Positions 11,087 to 22,391 of a stretch of DNA of 64,000 bases are shown here, piece by piece. The number at the start of each line of letters is the position of its first letter. Position 1 is the first letter of the stretch. Under the pieces are notes generated by a model. That model did not search any database and was not told where the DNA came from. It worked only from the letters and a program-made list of their open reading frames with translations. This stretch comes from Nitrospirales bacterium (GTDB taxonomy: Bacteria > Nitrospirota > Nitrospiria > Nitrospirales > UBA8639), in contig CBDBCZ010000019.1 in the NCBI GenBank assembly GCA_965203295.1, positions 1,376,001 to 1,440,000 of the forward strand, given 5' to 3'. A program made the translations under genes and the position numbers.

Positions 11087-12097
11087 TCAAGCTAAGCGGG
11101 AATCCACGACAATGGTGTGAAGTCCTGTGGCACCAGAAGGTTGTGGGCGTGTGATTTCGGATGTTTGGACCTTGCCTGTCACGTCGGTGGCTCGAACGGC
11201 CACCATGGTTTTCCCAGATTCTTTTAGGCGCAGATAGTAATTCCAGATCACCCAAGAATATGGGGACTGAGGTGGTTCAATTTGAGCCTCTTGCCAGGTT
11301 TTCTCTCCATCAAAACTTAACTCTACGCGACGAATACTATGCGGTCCTCCAAAGGCAATCCCTCGAAGATGGATATCTGGCCCGCGAATTGATTGGTAAT
11401 GACCGGGACTGTCAATCCGCGAAAAGATTTTAATGGTTCCATCATCAGTCCATCCCTTGCGTTGCCAGTAACCTTTGTAATCGCCGCCATAGACTTCAAT
11501 CTCAACGATCCATTTGACGTTTTTAATTCCATAGAGTCCTGGGACAAGGAGACGAAGAGGGAAACCGTGTTCTTTGGGAAGCTTTTCGCCGTTCATCAGG
11601 TAGGCGAGCATTACGTCATCTTGCATCGCCCGGGGAAATGGTATGCTGTCATCGTAGCCATCAGATCCGCGAAAGACGACGTCCCGAGCTGTTTCTTGGT
11701 CAGCTCCGGCTTCTTTTAGCAAGGCTTTGAGAGAAACGCCTCGCCAAATGGCGTTCCCCAAACTTGATCCACCCGGAAGGGTATCAATGCACATTAAGGT
11801 GGACACCTGATCAAATGAAGGCCTATTCAAGATATCACGCCAGCTCAGAGACATTCGTTGGTTGACCTCTCCCTTGATGAGTAAACGCCATTGTTCTTGA
11901 TCCAAATTGCGTGTCAGGTTATAGGGGGAATCCATATAATTGACGACGTAAAATTTGTCATTCGGTGTAAAATACACCGTGTCCCGTGGAGGAACAGCAA
12001 ACATGCTTCCCAAATCACATCCGAGCGTCAAACTGCTCAATCCGGAGAGCGCACCCAGTCCACTAAGCTTTAATAATGCACGTCGTGACAGATCTAT
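11087..12097 (-). CDS. Sulfite-oxidase-family molybdopterin oxidoreductase, predicted Tat lipoprotein
   Basis: SRRALLK twin-arginine motif, LTLGC lipobox, TLMCID Moco Cys, HGFPLRLLVPGLYGIKNVKW, C-terminal dimerisation domain; start uncertain (ATA at 12097 or upstream TTG). Confidence 0.85.
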   Translation of the reverse strand: MDLSRRALLKLSGLGALSGLSSLTLGCDLGSMFAVPPRDTVYFTPNDKFYVVNYMDSPYNLTRNLDQEQWRLLIKGEVNQRMSLSWRDILNRPSFDQVSTLMCIDTLPGGSSLGNAIWRGVSLKALLKEAGADQETARDVVFRGSDGYDDSIPFPRAMQDDVMLAYLMNGEKLPKEHGFPLRLLVPGLYGIKNVKWIVEIEVYGGDYKGYWQRKGWTDDGTIKIFSRIDSPGHYQSIRGPDIHLRGIAFGGPHSIRRVELSFDGEKTWQEAQIEPPQSPYSWVIWNYYLRLKESGKTMVAVRATDVTGKVQTSEITRPQPSGATGLHTIVVDSRLA

Positions 12098-12259
12098 GAA
12101 GATAACGTGTTCTCTCAAACAAAAGATGGTGTTCGTGAACGTTGTCTGGTTATTATGATATGAACATAGTCCACTCTGCAATATGTCAAGATAGCTCTGA
12201 ATTGAGTGAAGCTTACGCGTAAGCTGAGTCACTCGAGCCATGCGAATGAAAGGATAGAC

Positions 12260-13270
12260 ATGAGAATTTTAATTACAGGTGGAGCAGGATTTTTGGGGAG
12301 TCATTTATGTGAAGTCTTAGTACAGGACGGTCACGAAGTCATTTGCATGGATAATTTGGTGACAGGTCGCCCCGAAAACATTTCCCATCTGATGGGCCAC
12401 GAACGATTTAAATTTATTCATTATAATGTATGTGAATACATCCAAGTGGATGGGGACTTAGATGCGGTGATGCATCTCGCCTCTCCAGCCAGTCCTGCCG
12501 ATTATCTAGAACTGCCCATTGCCACTTTGAAAGTGGGGGCCTTGGGAACTCACAAAGCACTCGGTGTCGCCAGATTGAAACGGGCACGATTTCTGCTTGC
12601 CAGTACGTCCGAAGTGTATGGCGATCCGTTAGTCAATCCACAACCAGAATCCTATTGGGGGAACGTGAACTCATTAAGTCCTCGGGGTGTCTATGATGAA
12701 GCGAAGCGGTTTGCTGAAGCGCTGACCATGGCCTACCATCGCTTCCATGGGCTGGATACACGGATCGTCAGAATTTTCAATACCTATGGTCCCAAAATGC
12801 GAGTGCATGATGGACGGGTTGTCTCAAATTTTATTGTCCAAGCCCTACAAGGAAAGCCTCTGACGGTGTATGGGGATGGGGCGCAGACGAGGAGTTTTTG
12901 TTATGTGGATGATCTGATTCGGGGGATTGTAGCCTTGCTGATGGCATCACCTGACCCTAAAATCGATGATCCTCAATATCTTGCGGACGTCCGTTTGGGG
13001 AAGGAAGAAGGGGATTCCGAGAGTATTCATTATCCGGTGAATATTGGAAACCCAAATGAGCTTACGGTGTTGGGGATTGCGAAAAAGGTTGTCGATATCG
13101 TGAATTCGACGAGTGCTATAGAACATCATCCACTTCCAGTGGATGATCCTAAAGTACGTCGACCGGATATTGCCCGTGCTCAGCAACTATTTGGGTGGAC
13201 CCCCCAGGTAGGATTAGAAGAAGGTTTGAAACTGACCATCAAGTACTTCAAGCAAATTCTGAACGCATAG
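12260..13270 (+). CDS. UDP-glucuronate decarboxylase (extended SDR)
   Basis: [40 protein letters not shown]. Confidence 0.93.
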   Translation: MRILITGGAGFLGSHLCEVLVQDGHEVICMDNLVTGRPENISHLMGHERFKFIHYNVCEYIQVDGDLDAVMHLASPASPADYLELPIATLKVGALGTHKALGVARLKRARFLLASTSEVYGDPLVNPQPESYWGNVNSLSPRGVYDEAKRFAEALTMAYHRFHGLDTRIVRIFNTYGPKMRVHDGRVVSNFIVQALQGKPLTVYGDGAQTRSFCYVDDLIRGIVALLMASPDPKIDDPQYLADVRLGKEEGDSESIHYPVNIGNPNELTVLGIAKKVVDIVNSTSAIEHHPLPVDDPKVRRPDIARAQQLFGWTPQVGLEEGLKLTIKYFKQILNA

Positions 13271-13369
13271 AGCTCTTCTCCGTCCTTAGCGTCTCCTCAC
13301 ATTCCAAGTAACCACTTCCCCTGGTCAGCCTGGGAGGCGATGCTCTATTCATATCGCTAGACAGCTGCC

Positions 13370-14866
13370 CTAAACGTTAGGAGTGTTTTCCGCCAAATGT
13401 GAGCGGACTTCTGTGAGGTATGTTTTGAAGGGATTCGCCATAAGGAATGGAGGCTGACCACGGAGTTGGAAGATTGACCAATTGATCACGTAATGAGGAA
13501 AGTGGCGTTCTTGTTGCGTTGGATCTGGAGGCTCGTGGTTCCCATCAGTTTCCACAAGATATTTTACCAATTCACCACGCCCGAAGGCCCGGGTATTGCG
13601 TGGAGGGTTCCGCATCGCCAAATCGACAACAGTATTTGTTGTCACTCTTGGTGCCTTCCCTTCCTCTTGTAAGCCGAAAAATAACCCACTCTCTGGATTC
13701 AAGTTGTGATATTCAAGGTCAAGACTTCGAAGCCAGGGGTGTTCCCATTCAAGATGTTCTTCTCCCTTGAATGTTTTGAGAAGCCAAAGTTTTGAAGCCC
13801 AATCAACCCGGCCGACTAACGTGGTGTGATCTCCACGGAGATCCCGCAAGACCGACTCCCATTGCTCGAGAACCCAGTCAGTCTCTTCATCTTGTCCAGA
13901 GCAGTGATCTTGTGATGCCTTGAGGTAAAGTTCTTGAACATCAATTGCCGAAAGGGACTTTCCCGTAGCAAGTGTGACGACCCATTCTCGAGTCGGATCA
14001 CGTGAAATTTGGCGGAGGACATCCACGGGTTCATCAAAGTCTAGTCCTTGAGGGACATGTCCTTCTTCAATCAGTTGGAGAATGAGCCCAGTGGTTCCAA
14101 GTTTTAAGGCGGTGGCATATTCCGCCATGTTGGAATCTCCCAGGAGGAGGTGAATCCTGCGAAATTTATTCGGATCGGCTAAGGGTTCATCTCGCGTATT
14201 CACGATGGCCCGATTGTGTTGGACCCATTCAAAAAAATCGTTCACGATGTGATCAGCGCGTTGTGAGAGTTGAAATGGCACAGTCAATTGTTCAGATGCG
14301 TTCCGTACTCCCTGGTTCGTTCTGCCGAACTGTTCTAGAGGAATCCAACCATCGTCCGGATCCGCTGCGCCAATTCGTCCGGTACCGGTAAATATTTGTC
14401 GAGTGACCAGGAAAGGAATGAGTTGAGCCAGCCCCTTCAAGGTGAAAGGGAATTTCTTAGAAACGCAATAATTTTCATGTGAGCCGAATGTCGCATCGGT
14501 TTCATGATCAATATTGTTTTTGATCAAAGAAACACGGTCCTCTACTCCGAGATCGACCAAAGCATCTTGGATCAATTGGTCTCCTGCACGATCGGAGGCA
14601 ACTAAATCGGTGAACGTTTGGCATTCTGGAGTCGCAAATTCGATATGGCCCATATCTACATACATGCGCCCGGCGTTGAGAAGGAAACCACCATTTCCAG
14701 GCGGTTCATCGTAACCTCGATAATGCTGATCCAATACCCCTAATCGTTGAACATGAAACACGTGGTCGATAATCCGGCGAGCGAGCCATGACGGCGATTG
14801 ATCTGGATCATCGCTATTGATCAAAAGCCCGTATTCAGTTTCCAGACCGAAAATGTGATTCAACAT
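13370..14866 (-). CDS. pafA: PafA-family ligase of the UBact/proteasome operon
   Basis: IFGLETEYG, NAGRMYVDMGHIEFATPEC, GSHENY, LSQRAD, NTRDEP, RRIHLLLGDSNM, DLEYH; no Dop loop. Confidence 0.88.
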   Translation of the reverse strand: MLNHIFGLETEYGLLINSDDPDQSPSWLARRIIDHVFHVQRLGVLDQHYRGYDEPPGNGGFLLNAGRMYVDMGHIEFATPECQTFTDLVASDRAGDQLIQDALVDLGVEDRVSLIKNNIDHETDATFGSHENYCVSKKFPFTLKGLAQLIPFLVTRQIFTGTGRIGAADPDDGWIPLEQFGRTNQGVRNASEQLTVPFQLSQRADHIVNDFFEWVQHNRAIVNTRDEPLADPNKFRRIHLLLGDSNMAEYATALKLGTTGLILQLIEEGHVPQGLDFDEPVDVLRQISRDPTREWVVTLATGKSLSAIDVQELYLKASQDHCSGQDEETDWVLEQWESVLRDLRGDHTTLVGRVDWASKLWLLKTFKGEEHLEWEHPWLRSLDLEYHNLNPESGLFFGLQEEGKAPRVTTNTVVDLAMRNPPRNTRAFGRGELVKYLVETDGNHEPPDPTQQERHFPHYVINWSIFQLRGQPPFLMANPFKTYLTEVRSHLAENTPNV

Positions 14867-14896
14867 GGGGAGGACATCAGAATAGCTCTGGCAGGA

Positions 14897-15724
14897 TTAC
14901 AGGACTTGTTGTAGATGAGGAGAAAGGCTAGACAAGGCTTCCTCTCGGGTTAGGGATCGGTATTTTGAGCAACCAGGAATTGTACGATCCAGTACGGCAC
15001 ATTCCAGAAACTTATCAGTCTTGATATGGTTCAAGTGTTGGGTGATTTGGTCTTCTTTGGGGAATTCTCCATTCGAGGAAGTCTGTGGCGTGCCATCGCT
15101 TTCTTCGTTGTCTTGAACCTCTTGCTCTCTTTCTTGGCGAAGGGCTCCCACGCACCATGTTCGGATGGCGATCTCTAGGGCGGCGTGAAGGGTTGAACAA
15201 GGTTGGGAATGACATTGTTTCACATAGGAGGCCATGTGGTCTTGGACTCCAGGTGTGGCGGCAATCATCGCGACGCCCGTATGAAACTCTTCAAAGGCTC
15301 CATCATATTCAATGGTCACAAAGCGGTCTTGTTCCGATTTTTGGCCTAATTCGGCCAGTAGAATCTTTGAAATGAACGGCGCTTTAAATATTTCTTCGAA
15401 AGTCTGCTTCATAGTGGGGGCAAGGCCGTATTTGACTAAACGAGATCCTGTCACATCGGATGGGGATCGCTGGAATCCTTCCAAGTGTGCCATATCCAAA
15501 AGCTGAAACCGTAATTTTCCCAGGTCTGCAGGATGTCCGATACCACCCAGTCCAATACGATCATAAATTTCGTACAATTTGGGTGTGCCGCGGCTGAACG
15601 TCAGGAGTAAGATGCCATCGGGGTAGGAGATGGCGAGGACCGGACTGCCCAGACGAAATTGATCATCCAGGTATTGCCGGCGGTTGCTGACAGCTTCGAT
15701 CCAACGATAGGGTTCTTCATACAT
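14897..15724 (-). CDS. prcA: 20S proteasome alpha subunit
   Basis: KLYEIYDRIGLGGIG, SPSDVTG; follows beta subunit gene; no catalytic Thr. Confidence 0.88.
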   Translation of the reverse strand: MYEEPYRWIEAVSNRRQYLDDQFRLGSPVLAISYPDGILLLTFSRGTPKLYEIYDRIGLGGIGHPADLGKLRFQLLDMAHLEGFQRSPSDVTGSRLVKYGLAPTMKQTFEEIFKAPFISKILLAELGQKSEQDRFVTIEYDGAFEEFHTGVAMIAATPGVQDHMASYVKQCHSQPCSTLHAALEIAIRTWCVGALRQEREQEVQDNEESDGTPQTSSNGEFPKEDQITQHLNHIKTDKFLECAVLDRTIPGCSKYRSLTREEALSSLSPHLQQVL

Positions 15725-16514
15725 GGTGGAGGACCTGTGATTCGAAAACAGTTTTCAATTTCTCTGTTGCGATTGTTTCTACTCCGTTCCCCGTAATGCG
15801 TTTCATAATAGGGTAGAGGTTGGCCTCATGGTTCACACCTCCTGTCGCGGAATCGAATTCTGCTGCACTGGCCAATAGACGCAAGATCACCGGGATAGCC
15901 TGTTCTTCTGAAAACGTTGAAAGCGGCTGTTCACCCCAATGATTGAGGTAGTCCACAATACCTCGGATAGTGGGTGAGCCTGAACCGGATACTGCGTGTT
16001 CAACCCCCTTAAACTCCGCTCCCAAAATGTCGTAGAAGAAAATTTTCCCACATTCTTGTTGTGGGTCGTATCCGGCAAACACGGGAGCGACTGCACCAGT
16101 TCAGGCCAAAGTGGCTGGCACGTTTTGCTTCAACAGATTCGAGAGGGCGCGGAGTTTTCCTTCAAAGGAGAGGTCCTGCAATTGACTTCGTCGATAGTAT
16201 TTAAATGAATGCTCTAATATTCTGGCCATCTCAAACGCTGTCGTTGGTACGCTGGCAATGGCCATCACACAGTATCGATCAATTTCTAGTACTTTATCTG
16301 TCCGATCGTACATTATGGTGTTTCCGGCTGTGGCGCGACGATCCCCGGCCACCAAGACCCCATCACGATATTTAAGGGCCAGCACAGTCGTCCCGCAGGT
16401 AATGGTCTGCAGTTGTGATTCATTGGTGAATGCCCCAGTTGGGTGGTTAGCCTCTACGTCAAATTGATGCCCATGTTCCTTGAGCAATTGTACAAAATCG
16501 CCCTGTCCGCCCAT
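15717..16514 (-). pseudogene. prcB: 20S proteasome beta subunit, interrupted by an in-frame TGA
   Basis: Propeptide then GTTVLALKYRDGVLVAGDRRATAG; TGA at 16101-16103 (ATLA*TGAVAPVFAGYD) followed in frame by SGSGS and DSATGG motifs. Confidence 0.88.
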
Positions 16515-16519
16515 GGTGA

Positions 16520-16747
16520 TTATTCTCCTGTTCGTTGACGATAACGTTCTGCCTGCTTGGGGTCGACTTTTCGCATTCGCTTTAAAAGATTATCTTTTTC
16601 AGGGGAACCGGTATCCGGCCGCCTGGGGCCTCCACCTTCTTCAGTAGGGGATGGTGGACGAAGACCGGGATCAAGAGGCCGTTCTCGCCGTTCCAAGATA
16701 CTTTTCTTGAGGAATGTTTCGGCTCCCTCTATCTGTTTGAAATTCAT
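16520..16747 (-). CDS. ubact: UBact, Pup-like small modifier protein
   Basis: 75 aa, Pro/Gly-rich, ends LLKRMRKVDPKQAERYRQRTGE matching the UBact R[T/S]G[E/Q] terminus; lies between dop-like and prcB; AAGGAG RBS. Confidence 0.9.
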   Translation of the reverse strand: MNFKQIEGAETFLKKSILERRERPLDPGLRPPSPTEEGGGPRRPDTGSPEKDNLLKRMRKVDPKQAERYRQRTGE

Positions 16748-16793
16748 GTTCTCAACTCCTTCTCTCTAAAATCTATATTTGTGTTGAAATGAC

Positions 16794-18284
16794 TTAAGGG
16801 TCAGGGGCCTGTTCAATCGTTTGCCACATGGTTCGGATGTCGTCAGGGTCGAACAGGTTATCCATGTCGAAGTCAATGGATGTGAGCCTACCTTTAAACT
16901 GAATTCGTTCCCACTGAACTGACTGAATTTTGGAGCGAAATCGGGTGACGCAAAGCTCCCGAATGCCCCCCCGAGTATCTCTAGGGCCGTTGTGAATGGC
17001 ATCTTCAATCATTCGGTCATGACACATTCGTCTGGTCTTCCCTTCGGCCTCCAGTCCTAGAAACAATCCACGATCGGGATTGATATTATGATACTCGAGA
17101 TCCAGGCTGGCTAGCCAGGGGTCTGTCCATTCCAATCGCTCTTCTTGAATAAAGGTTTCCAATAACCATTGTTTGGTGACCCAATCGATCGAACCGATAA
17201 GGGCGACTTTGTTGTGGGTAAGTAGCTCTAAGACATCGGCCCATTCTTTCAAGATCCAATCGGTTTCCTTGTCTAGTCCCTGAAAGGTTTTTTGGGCACG
17301 CTCAAGATACAGTCTTTGGATATCGAGTCCTGATATGGTGCCGTGCGGTTGGCAGGTCACGACCGTTTTAAGATACGGATCTTTCGAGAGAGCCTTTATG
17401 GCAGCAACGGGATTCTCAATTTTAAGGTCAGGACTCACTTGATGTTGAATCAAGTCCAAGACCACGCGCGTCGTGCCAATCTTGAGCACAGTGGAATACT
17501 CACACATATTCGCGTCGCCGACAATTAGATGAAGTCGTCAGAATTTAGTTTTATCAGCATGGGGTTCATCACGGGTATTCAAAATTGGCCGGTTATGCAT
17601 GGTATCGACGCTCAATTCCGTTTCCATAAAATCAGCCCGTTGAGAAAGTTGGAACCCTTCCGGTTGATAAGAATGATCTTGTGCTTCGATTCCAACTTTG
17701 CCTGCTCCAGCGATGATTTGACGGGTGACTAAAAAGGGAAGAAGCCCCTTCACCAATTGTTCGAAGGGAATGGATCGGGCTACGAGATAATTATCGTGGC
17801 ATCCATAACTGTACCCATGGAAGTCGGTATTGTTCTTGTAAAGTTGGACAGTATCGTCCTTCACCATGGCGTTTCGCCGGTTTGCGGCGAATTGAAGAAT
17901 GCGTTCCCCAGCTCGGTCATGGGCTACAAGGTCAACAAGTGAACGACATTCCGGAGTAGAGTATTCGGGGTGTGTATGATCATTGTAAAAACGCACGCCA
18001 TTCCGTAGAACTAAATCACTTTTCATTTCATAAAAAGAAAACGGACGAAGCGAATCTCGTTCGGCAAATTGTTCTTCTTCCCCATCCTGTTGCAGGGCTG
18101 AGACTCGAAACCCACGTTGGTCCTTATGCGGGTCTTCGCTCCGATAATCCCATGATTGTTGAAAGGGTTCAGTAGCATAGGCCCGGACTAATTCCATAGA
18201 CTCCACCACGGGATCCATGTTCTTCAGGTTTTCCCGGGTGATACCATACTCGGTCTCGAGGCCAAATAGTCTGGGGAAGGACAT
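16794..18284 (-). pseudogene. dop: Dop-family deamidase/depupylase, interrupted by an in-frame TGA
   Basis: LFGLETEYG, Dop loop WDYRSEDPHKDQRGF, HPEYSTPEC, NTRDEPHAD; TGA at 17538-17540 in KF*RLHLIVGDANM; downstream ORF is in the same frame. Confidence 0.88.
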
Positions 18285-18296
18285 GAGGGTGGGTGG

Positions 18297-20046
18297 TTAG
18301 ATAATCGTACGAAGGGGCAGTTCTTCTTCCATGCGTCCCTTGCGACATGAGGAAATGCCGATGACTTGATCGGGGTGGTGGTCTAGCAATTTTAGCCATT
18401 CTTCTGCAGAGTCATCGGGGGGCAAAATTTCTCCTTCGAGATATTCTTCTTTAATCGAGGAAACCAAGTCATCAAGAGAGATCCCGCTCCCTGTCTCATG
18501 TATCGTTCGGTCAATAGCCTTTTCCTTGGCGCGATGAACGATAGACGCCAGGATGGCACCATTGAGGAGATTGCTGCGATATAGCGTCTCTCGTTTCCCA
18601 TTCCGAAGGCGGATGGATAAGACTCGTGATTCATCCGATCGACGAAAAAGATGATCAACTATGAGATCAACAAGGGCATGACACGTTGCCTGCCGGTCAT
18701 GGCTGTGAGAATTCAGAAGTTTTTCATCAAAGGGTAGGTCCGGACGCAAGTAAATACGGATGATGCTCGCGGCTTCCTCTCGATCAGGACGTCTGACTTT
18801 AATTTTTCGGTCAATCCGTCCTGGACGTAAGACTGCCGGGTCAATCAGGTCAGGCCGGTTTGAAGCAAGAATCACAACGACGTCCCGTAATGACTCAATG
18901 CCATCAAGCTCAGCACAAAACATTGGAACGAGAGTATTGGAAATGTTGTATGACCGAAGGGCCCGACGTGTTCCTAAGATGGATTCGGCTTCATCGATGA
19001 AAATAAAAGGAAGGAATCCTGCCTTTCGTTTCTGTTTGGCCTGAGTGAAGAGGTCTCGGATTATGCGTTCCGATTCACCTACCCACATGTTGAGCACTTC
19101 TGGCCCTTTGATGTGGAGAAAGGCTCCGCCGGAGATCGAGGGGAGTCCAGGCTTATTGTGTTGAGCGTGCGTAGCTTGGTCTGTGGGGTGTTGTGAAGCA
19201 AGTTGCGCCAGACTGTGAGCAGTCGCTTGACCGATTAAGGTTTTACCAAATCCTGGAGGACCATATAAGAGAAAGCCTTTGGGTTGTGTAAATTTAAATT
19301 CTTCATAGGTCGTCACGTGAAGAAGGGGATATTCAATGGCTTTCCTGATGGATTCAATGGCCTTCTCTTGCCCCCCGATCTGTTCCCAAGTGATTGGGGG
19401 AGTGTCATCAAGCAGATTGGAAGCGGATTGTGACTGCGGCACACGTTCAATCACAATGCGGTGGCTTGGATCAACGCGGACTTCATCCCCAGGGTTCAGT
19501 TCGATATTGATGAGGTCAGTGCCTCTCTGTAAGACCAGCCCTTGACGTCTTGGTTCTTGGTCAATACGAATCCGTCCATCTTCCAAGGCTTCTTTGACTC
19601 TGACGATTGGACCATTATGATCATAGCCCAGGGTATTAATGACAACATAGGCCTCGTTCACTAAAATTTGTTCACCAACCTTAAGATCGGCCTGAATTAA
19701 CCGAAGGGTCGATACTCGCATAAAACTCGCCGCCACCCACCAAGATTCTTGCGATTCCCTCATCCGGACAATCTAGCAGCGTCCCAATTCTATTGGCTGG
19801 AGCCGTGAGCTTTTCAACGACAGAATGGAGTTTTTTGAGTTCGGCCTCGCGCTGCTGATGCAGAGCCCCATCTTGTAAGATGAGATGGCGAATGCGATAG
19901 AGGAGCTTCTGTTGAGACGCATCTTCGGGAAGAGTGGACAACCATTCATCGAGTAAAACCAAGGGGTTGTGAGAGGATGTCGGTGAGGAATCCTTGGGAT
20001 GTGATGTTATATCTTCTGGCGTCTGGTCTGGTCGATGGTTGCTCAC
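18297..20046 (-). pseudogene. arc: ARC/Mpa-type proteasome AAA+ ATPase, frameshifted
   Basis: N-terminal coiled coil and OB region; one extra base near 19704 (removal gives ASIDPRLIQADLKVG); Walker A GPPGFGKT, Walker B FIDEAES, SRH ASNRPDLIDPAVLRPGRID. Confidence 0.88.
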
Positions 20047-20198
20047 ATCATTTATCGTGAAATCAAAGATATCTGATTATATCCCATATTCGATGTATTA
20101 ACACAGATGTGCAGGGAAAAAAGAGAAATTGTTTCTCGTTTGTTCGACAAAGGGAACGGCCAGATTTATTGTAAGAGGCAATATCCGCGCTGCCAGTT

Positions 20199-21287
20199 TT
20201 ACGATGATTTTGGTTTACGAATCACTAATGGAACCGACTCCCAAGTTTCTCCTCCATTTCGTGTGCGGTAGAGACCAGAACTATTAGCCCCAGTATAGAG
20301 GATCTTGGAGTCCAGGGGGTTCATAGCGAGAGTTCGGATATTGAGACTCTCAAAACCCGCATTCATTGAGAGCCACGAGTTGCCGCCATCAAGGCTTTTC
20401 TGAATACCCTCGCGGTTTCCGACATAGATGATGTCAGGAGTTACTGGGTCAATAATCAAGTCGCTCAACATTTGGTCGGGAAGGGATTGCCCGATTTGTT
20501 TCCACGAGAGGCTTCCGTTCGTGGTTTTGTATAAACCCTTGAGGGTGGCGGTATAAACCGTATCCTGATGATGAGGATCAACCTTTATTTTGGTCACGCC
20601 GAGTGCCCGTGAGGATTTCAAAACTTCGGGGGCCACAAGTCCTGTATTCACTTTGACCCACGTCTGGGTTCCGTTCACTGATTTATACACACCTCCGCTG
20701 GTTCCTGCGTAAAGGGTTTGAGGTTGCTTGGGATCAATCGCGATCGAAATGACCATTAAGACTTCTTTCATCCCTTCCATCCGTTTTATTCAGGTCTCCC
20801 CGGCATCCGTTGATTCAAAGACACCCATGGAGGTGGCGGAAAATAGATGATTGCTTGACCCAGGGGCAAACGCGAGTTCATGGACAACTGACGAAATAGT
20901 GACATCATCTAAGCCCGCTCGTCTAGAAGTCCAATTTTGGCCTCCATTAAAGCTTTTATACACCGCATCACCCTTTGTGCCGGCAAATACATTGGCTGGA
21001 AGTATAGGGTCAACCGCCAGTGAAATGACTCGCGAATGAGTCATGCCCCTCGACATGTTCTCCCATGTTTTTCCTTGATCGCGAGATTTGTAAATGTACT
21101 CGTTGGTCGCGAGATAAATGATGTGAGGTTTTGTAGGATGGAGCGCAACTTCCACTACGGGTCCACTGCTTCTGGTGCAGGAAGCCATGCTCAAGAACAG
21201 GATCAGCCATAAAACGGGGGCATCTGTGAGGGGCCAACGGAACGGATCTGTTACCCATGAGCGGTAGATAGAGGAATGGTTCATCAT
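20199..21287 (-). pseudogene. BNR/Asp-box (VPS10-like) beta-propeller lipoprotein, interrupted by an in-frame TGA
   Basis: Repeated KSxDxGxTW Asp-boxes, MASC lipobox-like; TGA at 20790-20792 occupies the Trp position of ESTDAGET[W]. Confidence 0.8.
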
Positions 21288-21302
21288 GGGAGAGGGTTAC
21301 CC

Positions 21303-22220
21303 CTACCTGATACGCTGTCCGTTGCTGAGAGGAGTCGAGTGTGGTTGTGATTGGGGAGAGGTAATAGGCGAAAGGTCCGCCACTGGTGCCTTAGGCACTT
21401 GATTGTAAATTTGCAACGCTTCAGGCATCTATTTTTGTAAATCAGCGATACGTGTGTCATGGGCTGGATGCGTCGAAAGAAACTCAGGTGGTTGTCCCTT
21501 AGATGACTGCGCCATCCGTTGCCAGATTCGAGGGGCTTCTCGGAGGTCGTAGCCAGCTTGCGCGGCTAAGAGCAGACCAACATAGTCCGCCTCAGACTCG
21601 TGATGTCGACTGTATGGCAGAAGAACCCCAAATTGGAGGCCGACCCCCAGGGCGGCCATGGTGGCTCGGCTTGTCGTGTTACTGACATTCCCAGCTTCCA
21701 TTCCAATTGCGGCTGCGGCAAGGGTAAGTTGGCCAAGTTGTAACTGGCTCATCCGTTCCCCACTATGTCGGGCTAAGGCATGCACGACTTCGTGCCCCAT
21801 GATAGCAGCAAGACCGGCTTCATTTTTTGCTTCGGGGAAAATTCCCGTATACACAGCTATTTTGCCGCCTGGCAAAGCAAAGGCATTTTTGGTTTTGTCA
21901 TCCTTAATCACTGTGATTTCCCAGTCGAACTTTCGGGCAGACTCAGCATATCGTGATTGTCGGGCAGCTTGAATAATTCGGGTTGCGACACGCCTAACTG
22001 GATTCACCTCTTGAGGGTCTTCCGAAACCTGGACTTTGGGATCGTCGAGGACTTGGGTATAGGCTTGTTCTCCCATTTGGACTTCCTGGGATTCTGGAAA
22101 TATCAATAGTTGAGATCGTTCTGTGTAGGGGTTTGTTTCACATCCGAGAATGAGCCAAGAGAGGCAAACAAGTGTGAGGGCTAGGCGAAGGAAAGAGGAA
22201 TTAATAAAGAGTCCATACAT
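21303..22220 (-). pseudogene. M48-family metallopeptidase lipoprotein, C-terminally truncated by TAG
   Basis: ILGC lipobox, NAFALPGGK, HEVVH, ESEAD, FLSTHP; TAG at 21429-21431 in LQK*MPEALQIY, frame open to 21303; catalytic core intact so may still function. Confidence 0.7.
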
Positions 22221-22391
22221 AAGTTTTTGACTTTTACCAGGTTTTCCGTTTGCCGCTGAAGTTCTGGCGTGCAAGCATCAGAAAGTCAAGGGCGGTTAGA
22301 CATGATAGTCGAAGCTAGGACTGTGGAGTAGGCTAAAGCCGAGGAGATCCACATGACAGCCAAGCTTTGACCAGTAAATTCAAGTGATACT

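Noticed and set aside
19681..19763. Programmed ribosomal frameshift in arc
   Set aside because: No X XXY YYZ slippery site; a single extra base explains it, and neighbouring genes are also broken
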